A DNA stretch of 64,000 nucleotides from a virus: positions 1 to 64,000 of IMG/VR virus record IMGVR_UViG_3300024518_000034. One strand, written 5' to 3'. Shown piece after piece: positions 55,983-64,000 of this stretch; position 1 is the stretch's first letter; every line of letters begins with the position of its first letter. The notes under the pieces are model-generated. The model searched no databases. It was not told the DNA's origin and worked only from the letters and a program-made list of their open reading frames with translations. The position numbers and the translations under genes are program-made.

Positions 55983-56570
55983 ATGGATTATTTAAATATT
56001 TGGCTATACACATGTGCTACTTTAGTGACGCTCGCAGCAACATGGAAGACGATTAGATTTTTGGGTTGGAAGAAAAAGCTAATGTTCTATACAGTGAGAG
56101 AAATGGCAAAGGGGAAGGGAGCCATACAGGGAACGTTGATGTGGCCAGCACTTATTGTAGACACTGTTTTGATGCCAGTATATGCTTTTGCTGCACTGTT
56201 GCAGGGAACTATAGATAAGCAGTTAGAGTTGGTAGATTTGAAAGCCATAGAAACAGGAAAAGCCTATTGGAATGACAAGGCGTTTACTTGGTTACAAGAG
56301 GATTTCAATAAGACCAAAAATGATCTTAGAGATTTAATCGACGTGTGGGTTTCAGACGAAAGCGTGATTGATCTTGAAGCTAAAGTTAAAGAGTTGCAAG
56401 AGGAGATAACTAGGTTGGAGAAAAATTTTGAGGATAGAATAAATTATCCAACAAAAATAAATTACCCAAAAAATATGGGTTTGGCGAAAAAAGAAATAGA
56501 CGAGATGTATGGTTTTCATGAGGAATGTCGTCGCAATAGCATTAGACAACTCACCTTGCCATACTGCTAA
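55983..56570 (+). CDS. Membrane protein with coiled coil
   Basis: Two TM segments plus LEAKVKELQEEITRLE; AAGGAG SD. Confidence 0.65.
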   Translation: MDYLNIWLYTCATLVTLAATWKTIRFLGWKKKLMFYTVREMAKGKGAIQGTLMWPALIVDTVLMPVYAFAALLQGTIDKQLELVDLKAIETGKAYWNDKAFTWLQEDFNKTKNDLRDLIDVWVSDESVIDLEAKVKELQEEITRLEKNFEDRINYPTKINYPKNMGLAKKEIDEMYGFHEECRRNSIRQLTLPYC

Positions 56571-56579
56571 AAAAAATAA

Positions 56580-58259
56580 ATGATCTGCGCGGACATACAT
56601 AAGCAGGAAAGCAGAATAGTAGTTTGGACAGACGAAAGTAAAGAGTCGATAGCACTGAGAAGAGTTATCGACTCTTTGCCTTACTATTTAGAGTTTGATA
56701 ACAAATACATAATTTCTATCTACGATTTTTGTTTATTGAAAAATGGACTGGACAAAGAAAATTTAAAAAGTAGAAGAATGAGTGGACCACTAAGAGATAA
56801 AATTTCTTTATTGAATAGTGAGGGAGAAGAGTTACCAGACTTGAACCTAAAAAGACCATTGCTTCCTTTTCACGAAGGCGGGGTTAAATTCTTAGCTTCA
56901 AGAAATTCCTTACTCGCTGATCAAATGGGGTTGGGAAAGACAGGACAAGCTTTAGCGGCAGCAAGCCTTTTGATAAAACAAGGTAAGGCGAATCATGCAA
57001 TATTTTTGGTAACTAAGAGTGGGATGGAACATTGGTGTGATCAAATAAAGACTATGTTCCACGATGAAGATATTGACTACGTTGTAGTTAGAGGAAAAGC
57101 TAATAAAAGATTACCCTTGTACAAAGAAGATCACAAGTTTTATTTGGTGTCTTTGGATACATTTAAGAAAGACATAGAAAAGTTATTTCCGAATAGAAAT
57201 AAGAAGTTAAGAGAGATGTGGTCTAAGTCTATAGTGGTGGTGGACGAGATTCATCGAATTAAGCATTCCAGAACCATAAGCGCCAAGGCTTGCTATAAAA
57301 TAGGAAGGTATGCTGCTTACAGGTGGGGCATGACGGGGACACCGTTAGATGGAAGAGTCGAGAATCTGTATGGAGTGATGAACTTTATAGATAGAGATTT
57401 TTTTGTAAACAAAGGTCATTGTTTAAGTTACCACACTATTACTGATTTCTGGGGTGGAATTACTGAATACAGAAATATGGAGAGCTTGAGGGAAAAACTC
57501 AAAACAGTAATGATACGCAGACTGAAAAAGGACGTTTGGAAAGAATTACCAGATAAAGCCTATTTAGATCATTACATAGATTTAAGCACCGAAGAAAAAA
57601 AATTATATAAGCAAATCAAGAGACAGCAACTAGATATGGTGTCTCCAGAAATAAATGAAAAAATCAATATTTGCTTGCCAATTGGGCTGCTATCGTATGG
57701 GCAGATGTGTGTCAACACACCTACCTTAATAGATCGTAAATGGACAAAACCATCGACAAAAATGAAAGAACTGTATGAATTGTTAGAAGAATTAACAGTT
57801 ATTTCCAAAGTGGTAGTTTTTACTAAATTCGCTAAGATGTGTCACATCTTACATCAGTGGTTGCCCTGGAAGAGCGTAGTGTTCACAGGAGAGCTAACTA
57901 CCAAGGAGAGAAGAAAAAGGCAGGTGGACTTCTTGACAAACGAAGAGATTCGTGTTTTCATAATGGATACAGCAGGAGCGCAAGCTATCGATTTACATGG
58001 AATTGAAATCGATGGAGTTTGGCACCAAGGTGCAGAGTATTTAATTAGATATGACAACCTTTGGAATCCAGCTATGAATGAACAAGTTGAAGACCGCATC
58101 CACAGAGTTGGACAAAAAGAGAAGGTGACAATTATTGACTTAATTGCACGAGACACGATAGAAGAGAAGATTAAAAGTTTATTGGTAGCCAAGAAGGAAA
58201 TAACGAAGAGGATAATAGATAAAAATCTAACAGAAAAAGAATGTATGATACTCATGTAA
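56580..58259 (+). CDS. Intact SNF2-family helicase
   Basis: ADQMGLGKT, VVDEIH, GMTGTP, WNPAMNEQVEDRIHRVGQ. Confidence 0.92.
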   Translation: MICADIHKQESRIVVWTDESKESIALRRVIDSLPYYLEFDNKYIISIYDFCLLKNGLDKENLKSRRMSGPLRDKISLLNSEGEELPDLNLKRPLLPFHEGGVKFLASRNSLLADQMGLGKTGQALAAASLLIKQGKANHAIFLVTKSGMEHWCDQIKTMFHDEDIDYVVVRGKANKRLPLYKEDHKFYLVSLDTFKKDIEKLFPNRNKKLREMWSKSIVVVDEIHRIKHSRTISAKACYKIGRYAAYRWGMTGTPLDGRVENLYGVMNFIDRDFFVNKGHCLSYHTITDFWGGITEYRNMESLREKLKTVMIRRLKKDVWKELPDKAYLDHYIDLSTEEKKLYKQIKRQQLDMVSPEINEKINICLPIGLLSYGQMCVNTPTLIDRKWTKPSTKMKELYELLEELTVISKVVVFTKFAKMCHILHQWLPWKSVVFTGELTTKERRKRQVDFLTNEEIRVFIMDTAGAQAIDLHGIEIDGVWHQGAEYLIRYDNLWNPAMNEQVEDRIHRVGQKEKVTIIDLIARDTIEEKIKSLLVAKKEITKRIIDKNLTEKECMILM

Positions 58260-59179
58260 ACCAAACAAAATTTGATATTTATCTATTAGGCTCATACGGG
58301 TATGCTATCAGAGACATAATTAAAAAACTAAACATAGCTCTAAACGAGAAAGCAAAGGAAGCGTTACGAAATCAAGTGAGGCTTCCTAAAATTTTTTATG
58401 AGCAGGGTTGGAAAAGATTTTTAATCTATAGGGAAGTAGAAAAGAAAACAAAAGATATTCATGTGCTATTGGAAATGTTGATTGAGGGGTTTGATAATGG
58501 CAGTTGGATAAAGGAAGAGTTGGCCGCATACGATTGGCAATTCATTTTTGAGTTTTGTGACTACGGCGAAACCATAGAAATAGGGAATGTAGGAGTTGAC
58601 ACCATACATATAGCAATTGCTGGCTCTAGGCCTTTTATTGTTTTAAATGGTGAGTACATCATGACTTCCAAGGATAGGGTGAAAAAAGCCAAACCAAGTC
58701 TTTCACTTAGGACCATTTTCGAGTATAGTTTAGAGATGGGTACGAGAGAAATAGTCAAGACTGAGAAGAACCGAGAGATCATTTTGAAGCCGGTGGTGAG
58801 ATATCAGGACAAGTATATAGATGATTGGAGGTTGGATGATTTTGCAAACTACATATATGACAGTGTTACTGTGAGATTTGGTCCGACATATATTTCCATT
58901 ACGGAACTTAAAAAGAGAAGCATAGTGAAGAACGGTGTCCAAGGGTTGGGTAGAATGATGAAGATAAGCGACCTAAAGGAACAGAAGGAAAGATATAAAG
59001 AATTTATAGACTGGCTGTTAGAGAAGTTTATTTATAGTAAAACTGTTACGGTAGGCAACTTTGTTTCAAAGGCCACCTTTAGAAATTTCATTATGGACAG
59101 AGAAAGTAAAAAACAGTCAGGTACAGTTTTGGGTAACGAGGGAGCAGATTATAGTAAGGATGTTGAGGTGTCGTTCTAA
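58241..59179 (+). CDS. Hypothetical replication-module protein (312 aa)
   Basis: Long ORF within the replication operon. Confidence 0.75.
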   Translation: MYDTHVNQTKFDIYLLGSYGYAIRDIIKKLNIALNEKAKEALRNQVRLPKIFYEQGWKRFLIYREVEKKTKDIHVLLEMLIEGFDNGSWIKEELAAYDWQFIFEFCDYGETIEIGNVGVDTIHIAIAGSRPFIVLNGEYIMTSKDRVKKAKPSLSLRTIFEYSLEMGTREIVKTEKNREIILKPVVRYQDKYIDDWRLDDFANYIYDSVTVRFGPTYISITELKKRSIVKNGVQGLGRMMKISDLKEQKERYKEFIDWLLEKFIYSKTVTVGNFVSKATFRNFIMDRESKKQSGTVLGNEGADYSKDVEVSF

Positions 59180-59973
59180 TGTTGACAAACGAGGAGAGAG
59201 TGAAGGCCATAAATGCTTTAAAAGAGAGAATGACAAGGGAATGTAAATGTCCTAAGGCTGATGGATACAGGCAACAATTGCCATGCAAGTGTGATTCATC
59301 TTTTAGAAATAAATCAATAGCCATTGCAGCAGGCGTTCCAAGTGAGTATGTAGAGTACACCTTGAAGTCTTATCCGGGTAGTGAAGAGTTAAAGAAAGAT
59401 CCAAGAGTTAAGCAGGTTAAAACTTGGATGAACAAATATTTGAAGAATATGGATAAGAACCTAGATCATAATGTAGGACTAATGATAGTTGGTCCATATG
59501 GGGCAGGGAAGACGGCGCTTTTGTCTTTGTGTTTGAGAAAAGCTTTGAACATAGTATTCCCTTCTGGAGGAATCTATAGTACGGCATCAGACATGATACT
59601 CGCCGCAGGAGCGGGTAGATATGATAAGAGAGAAGTAGTGTACAGTTTGAATGATTTTAGAAGTAAACAGGTCGCTTTTATAGATGATTTAGGTAAAGAA
59701 TTTATAATAGGATCCACGGGGATAATTACTGATAGATCAAAGTTTGGCATGATCTTGGATGATATTTTGAGGGTCAGAGCGGCTAAGGGACTGATCACAT
59801 TCATGTCCACAAACTATTCAGTAGAACAGATAGGGGAAGAGTACGGTAAGTCGTGTTTAGAAGCCGTCAAGCAGTGCATGAAGGTAATAGCATTTAAGAA
59901 AGACTACCCGAACCTTAGGGACGTTTCATTTAATAGTGCGGAGGCTAGAGCGAGGAGAATTTACGGGGAATGA
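59179..59973 (+). CDS. DnaC/IstB-like helicase loader
   Basis: N-terminal C..C...C.C; GPYGAGKT; FIDDLGKE; STN. Confidence 0.88.
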   Translation: MLTNEERVKAINALKERMTRECKCPKADGYRQQLPCKCDSSFRNKSIAIAAGVPSEYVEYTLKSYPGSEELKKDPRVKQVKTWMNKYLKNMDKNLDHNVGLMIVGPYGAGKTALLSLCLRKALNIVFPSGGIYSTASDMILAAGAGRYDKREVVYSLNDFRSKQVAFIDDLGKEFIIGSTGIITDRSKFGMILDDILRVRAAKGLITFMSTNYSVEQIGEEYGKSCLEAVKQCMKVIAFKKDYPNLRDVSFNSAEARARRIYGE

Positions 59974-61328
59974 GAACAGCAGACGTTGAACTGGAAGAAG
60001 AAATTTTAGCAATGATGATGAAGGACAAAGGATTGGCGGTGTTTGGTTTGAAAGAACTAAATGAGACTGACTTTGTTACGGTGCATAAATCAATTTCTCC
60101 TTCAAGATATACAAACTTTATCTTCAGTAAGATAAAAGATGATATTGATTCAGGAAGCGACGGAAGTTCCACGATGATAATAAGTGGATTCAAAAGCGAT
60201 CCATTTGTTTCAGAAAAAAATCAGAAGTCATATGTAACATTAATTAAGAGACTGTCATCTATGAAGATTAAAAAGATGAATCATTCTTACTTTAAAAAGA
60301 AGTGTGACATGTTAGTGTTGGTAACTAGAAAAAGAGGAATGGATCTTCTAATTAGAGACGTGGTTATGTTTTTAAAGGAAGATAACGTTGTCAAAGCTGA
60401 AGACTCTTTTAAGAAGTATTTGAAAGATTTAAATAGAAGAGCTATGAGAACGGAGTCGGTGATTATCGACTGGAAAGAAAACTTCCCAGATCGAAAGATA
60501 AAAGTACAAGAAGCTATTCCAGATACAAACATCATTACTGGATTTCCGCCTATCGATGACAATTTTGGATCTATTACAAGAGGTGAGTTACATGTGATAG
60601 TGGGAAGAACTGGAGGTGGTAAGAGTGTATTGAAGCAACACGTAACTGCGAATGTTGTGAAGATGGGATATCCAGTTCTGTATATAACCAAAGAAGACAC
60701 CGAAGAAGAAGTCGCCCTAAGATTTGATGCACACTTCAGTAATATTGACCATCCGAAGTTCCACATGCATATGCTCAAACAAGAAGAGATAGAGGATTGG
60801 GAATCGAGTGTAAATAGAATTCCAGACAATCTTTTGAAAATCGTTTGCATGGGACAGTCGTTCAATATCGGTGACGTTAAGGCGATTATGAACAATCAGA
60901 TAAATGGAGGATTCAATCCGGCATTGGTTGTAGTTGATTATATTGGTTTGATGGAGCCAGTAGATAGAAGACTGCAAGATTATAAAGCTGTGGACAAGGT
61001 CGTGCAGGATTTGAAAGAGTTTGCTATAGAATATAATATTGGTGTGGTATCTAGCGCACAGTTAAGACCAGATGCATATGAGAAGGAAACAGTGGAGGTT
61101 GGAGATATCGCTGCATCTAAGTTAGGTATTTCAACAAACGTGAACGGACTGTACGCTTTCATAAATACGAGTTTGATGAAGGCACAGGGAGGGGCGACAG
61201 TGCAAGTGATGAAGGTAAGGTCTACGGGAATTAAAACAGAATTTTACACAGTGAATCCTAATTTTCACAGAATAACTATACATGAAGGCTGGAGAGCATT
61301 GAGGAATAAATACGAAAATGAACAATAA
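59970..61328 (+). CDS. DnaB-like replicative helicase
   Basis: GRTGGGKS; VVVDYIGLM; SSAQL; KVR. Confidence 0.9.
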   Translation: MRTADVELEEEILAMMMKDKGLAVFGLKELNETDFVTVHKSISPSRYTNFIFSKIKDDIDSGSDGSSTMIISGFKSDPFVSEKNQKSYVTLIKRLSSMKIKKMNHSYFKKKCDMLVLVTRKRGMDLLIRDVVMFLKEDNVVKAEDSFKKYLKDLNRRAMRTESVIIDWKENFPDRKIKVQEAIPDTNIITGFPPIDDNFGSITRGELHVIVGRTGGGKSVLKQHVTANVVKMGYPVLYITKEDTEEEVALRFDAHFSNIDHPKFHMHMLKQEEIEDWESSVNRIPDNLLKIVCMGQSFNIGDVKAIMNNQINGGFNPALVVVDYIGLMEPVDRRLQDYKAVDKVVQDLKEFAIEYNIGVVSSAQLRPDAYEKETVEVGDIAASKLGISTNVNGLYAFINTSLMKAQGGATVQVMKVRSTGIKTEFYTVNPNFHRITIHEGWRALRNKYENEQ

Positions 61329-62349
61329 CATTTTAATATGTGGAGGAATTACAGAATTAGAAAAGTCAATCGCCAAGGTTGATATATTAGAGATACTTAA
61401 AAAGTATGCTCCAAGTTTGAGAAAGAGGAATGGAAAAGAATTTTTTGGACGATGCCCTTTTTCTTTTCACGAAGATAGAATTCCTAGTTTTGGTATCCAC
61501 GTTGGAGAAGGATCGAAAAAGGGAGTTTGGAATTGTGGTTGCGGTTCTGGCAACATAATTCGCTTTATGAAGAACGTTACCGGTGTGAATGACGAAGGGC
61601 AGATTGCAAAAATTTTAAAATTAAATCAATTAGCTAAAGGATCGTTTACTAATGAGACAGTACATCAATTAGAGAGCTTAATTGATGGGTGGGACAAGAC
61701 TAGCAATGATGACGTAACAAAAGAGGTCTTGCCAAAAATGAAACAAATAAAGCCTTTGATTGCAAAATATCTGATTGAGAAGAGGAAAAGGTATTCGGTG
61801 GAGGAAGCGTTGGAGGTGACGAGAGAATTTAGTTTAGGAGTGTCTATTGACTACGAAAATAATCCAGTGTATAATTGGATTGTAGTACCCGTTAAGGACA
61901 AGCGAGGGAAACTCATTATGTGGATTGCGCAACATCCCACTTCTAGAAGAAAATATAATGGAGGGAGAACTACGGGGCTATTGTTTAACATCAATAATGC
62001 CATAAAGAAGAACTGGGTGATTGTAGTAGAATCAATGTGGTGTGCGATAAGATTGAACATGTGGGGATATCCAGCGATTTCTACGTTTGGGGCTAGAATG
62101 GACGATATACAAGCAAAAACGATTAAAAAACACTGGAAAATGGTCTGTCTGTGTTATGACATGTATGACAAGGATTCGGCAGGCGCAAGGGCACAAAAGA
62201 AGGCGATCAAGCTTCTTACGCCGCAGTTGAAGGTAAAGACAGTGTTGTTGCCAAAAGGAAAAGATCCAGACAAGTGTACCAAGAAAGAAATGCAGGTAGC
62301 TTTAGATAACTCTTCTAGAGTGGGGATGATCAAAAACAGATGGACTTAA
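61318..62349 (+). CDS. DnaG-like primase (CHC2 Zn finger + TOPRIM)
   Basis: CPFSFHEDRIPSF...WNCGCG; VVESMWCA; YDMYDKDSAG; KDPD. Confidence 0.88.
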   Translation: MNNNILICGGITELEKSIAKVDILEILKKYAPSLRKRNGKEFFGRCPFSFHEDRIPSFGIHVGEGSKKGVWNCGCGSGNIIRFMKNVTGVNDEGQIAKILKLNQLAKGSFTNETVHQLESLIDGWDKTSNDDVTKEVLPKMKQIKPLIAKYLIEKRKRYSVEEALEVTREFSLGVSIDYENNPVYNWIVVPVKDKRGKLIMWIAQHPTSRRKYNGGRTTGLLFNINNAIKKNWVIVVESMWCAIRLNMWGYPAISTFGARMDDIQAKTIKKHWKMVCLCYDMYDKDSAGARAQKKAIKLLTPQLKVKTVLLPKGKDPDKCTKKEMQVALDNSSRVGMIKNRWT

Positions 62350-62353
62350 AAAG

Positions 62354-62968
62354 ATGAAGATAAAAAACAAACATGGGTATGTGGTAGCTACCAAAGGACA
62401 AGAGGCTAGAACGGCATTACTTTATTCTCATAAGGCAATTAATTATTTGGAGTGTTTTGCCAATATTACTCTATTTTTAAGAAATAGATTAGCAACGGTA
62501 AACATGATTCCAGAAGATAGCGACATGCCAGACAAGTTTGGATTTTCAGTAAACATGGTGGACAAGTATTGGCATTTAGCTAAGTCAGATGAAGGCGAGA
62601 GTGCTTTTCTAATTGACTATTTTGTAATAGAGAGAGACAGAAGGCCTAAAGGCAAGCCAATAATAAAGGGAAGAAAGCGCGGAGGGGTTGATGAATTAAT
62701 GTTGTGGTCTACCCAGGTGAATAGAATATTAGTAGATTGCGCTGTAGGGTGTTTTACTGACTATATGGTTGGAGATAGAAATTTTTCAGGAGCTTTGTGG
62801 TGGTCACATAAAGTTAAAGCTGTGGCTAGTAGGTATGCATATGAATTGGATTGTTATAGACAGATGTTGTGCCTTAGGCCTAGCGAAAATAGAATAAAAA
62901 CTTTGAAGGAATCTTATGGGTTAAGAATTTATAAGGAATTTGATAGAAATTTTTTGGAAGGAATATAA
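62354..62968 (+). CDS. Hypothetical protein (204 aa)
   Basis: ORF track. Confidence 0.7.
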   Translation: MKIKNKHGYVVATKGQEARTALLYSHKAINYLECFANITLFLRNRLATVNMIPEDSDMPDKFGFSVNMVDKYWHLAKSDEGESAFLIDYFVIERDRRPKGKPIIKGRKRGGVDELMLWSTQVNRILVDCAVGCFTDYMVGDRNFSGALWWSHKVKAVASRYAYELDCYRQMLCLRPSENRIKTLKESYGLRIYKEFDRNFLEGI

Positions 62969-62971
62969 AAT

Positions 62972-63262
62972 ATGACAGAGTATGCACCAATCTTCGATGA
63001 CTATTTTGATGGCAAAGATGAAGTGAAAACAGATCTAACTGGGTTAGACAGAAATAGTGCATTCCTGTTAGGAAAAGAATTAGGAAAAGCAGAGGAGCAT
63101 TTGAGCTTTACTCTGTCTGGATCTCCTCTAGAATCATTAGTAATTAGTGCAAGAAATGCAGAAACGTTGATGAAGTGGGCTAGAGAAAGAGGTGCGATGA
63201 GTCAAATAAGTAGACAGATCAGTGACGACTTATATATCATTGATTTTAAATTAAATAGATAG
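62972..63262 (+). CDS. Hypothetical protein (96 aa)
   Basis: ORF track. Confidence 0.65.
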   Translation: MTEYAPIFDDYFDGKDEVKTDLTGLDRNSAFLLGKELGKAEEHLSFTLSGSPLESLVISARNAETLMKWARERGAMSQISRQISDDLYIIDFKLNR

Positions 63263-63271
63263 GAGAGGGTT

Positions 63272-63916
63272 ATGGCAAATGAATATGTAGTTGAGTACAA
63301 TGAAAAATGTCCTGAATGTAATGGAAAAATTTTAATAACGGAAGATTATAGTGAGGCTCAGTGTGAAGAGTGTCTAGAAGAGTGGACCTTGAAAGACGAA
63401 GAGGAAATCACAGATACTGATCTTAAAGAAGGTTATGTAGAGATAGGTGAAGAAGAAAATGTGGAACCAGATTACGATTTTGAAGAGGACGAAGAAGATG
63501 AAGTAATTGAGGGAGATTTTGTTGAGGTGCATGATTCGTCAGCACCAACTCCAATAGCACAGCGTACAGTTGACGAACATTTGGAAGAACATCTAAATAT
63601 AGATGAGTTGGCAGCGAAAGTGTTAGCTAAAGCGCTAGCGATGGCTGTGACGGTAATCGCAACGCCCCAAGAGCCAGTGATAGCAGAACCAACAAATCCT
63701 TTCTTAGATGGAACAAGAGAAAGCCAACTAATGGAAACTCTATTGACTGGTCCACAAAACTTAGAAGACATTAAGAAGGCTTTGCCTAAAACTAGAGGTA
63801 AGCCGCCAACTGCAAAGACAATTAAGAGTTGGGTAATGGCTTTGGATAATTTAAGAGATTGGAAGGTCATAGAAGAGGATGATAAGTTTTCTGTTGAAAG
63901 GAGAAGGGATGAGTAA
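63272..63916 (+). CDS. Zn-ribbon + acidic linker + possible winged-helix protein
   Basis: CPECNG...CEEC; Glu/Asp run; C-terminal helical domain. Confidence 0.7.
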   Translation: MANEYVVEYNEKCPECNGKILITEDYSEAQCEECLEEWTLKDEEEITDTDLKEGYVEIGEEENVEPDYDFEEDEEDEVIEGDFVEVHDSSAPTPIAQRTVDEHLEEHLNIDELAAKVLAKALAMAVTVIATPQEPVIAEPTNPFLDGTRESQLMETLLTGPQNLEDIKKALPKTRGKPPTAKTIKSWVMALDNLRDWKVIEEDDKFSVERRRDE

Positions 63917-64000
63917 AGTAAAATTGCTAGAAAAACAATCGACACATAGAGAAGAGTGGACAAAGGATGATTACGTTGATAGAATACAAGCACAGATGAC

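Noticed and set aside
39967-63993. Many minus-strand ORFs opposite tail and replication genes (e.g. 40666-41163, 48270-48791, 60287-60895, 63472-63993)
   Set aside because: Antisense shadows of long, motif-bearing plus-strand genes
1-64000. Alternative genetic code or diversity-generating retroelement
   Set aside because: Long genes are intact under code 11; no reverse transcriptase or TR/VR pair seen; the duplicated segments differ at all base types

Overview
This window is a 64-kb segment of a large lytic tailed phage genome; no rRNA or cellular housekeeping genes are present. (1) 1-7.6 kb is a GC-richer, plus-strand early/host-takeover region. It is built from cassettes, each headed by a copy of one promoter motif (AGTAG-TAGCAA-N17-TATTCT, 8 copies). 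It holds several tRNA-shaped non-coding RNAs with altered anticodon arms (one tmRNA-like), small hypothetical genes, a SNF2/HARP-type helicase split into two genes by a promoter+ORF cassette, and a sigma factor carrying a Zn finger. (2) An abrupt composition and strand switch at ~7.7 kb leads into an AT-rich accessory block (7.8-20 kb). It encodes HNH nucleases, YqeY, an Rnl2-type RNA ligase, a deaminase, a thermonuclease, and five unrelated proteins (including a kinase and an ADP-ribosyltransferase-like protein) sharing an N-terminal leader M[SA]I[LV][DEN]L[FWY]xx(x)[KQ]RxA. (3) 20-26 kb is a tandemly duplicated variable cassette flanked by conserved lipoprotein and patatin fragments. (4) 26-38.8 kb holds tRNAs (Ser, Asn, Arg), further structured RNAs, a stand-alone Xre/MbcA-type antitoxin domain, a nucleotidyltransferase, a phosphoesterase and many small ORFs. 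(5) 38.8-56 kb is the tail module (tape measure, hub/baseplate, fibre-like paralogs). (6) 56.6-64 kb is the replication module (intact SNF2 helicase, DnaC-like loader, DnaB-like helicase, DnaG-like primase). All calls come from motif recognition and hand pairing; no database searches or folding programs were run.
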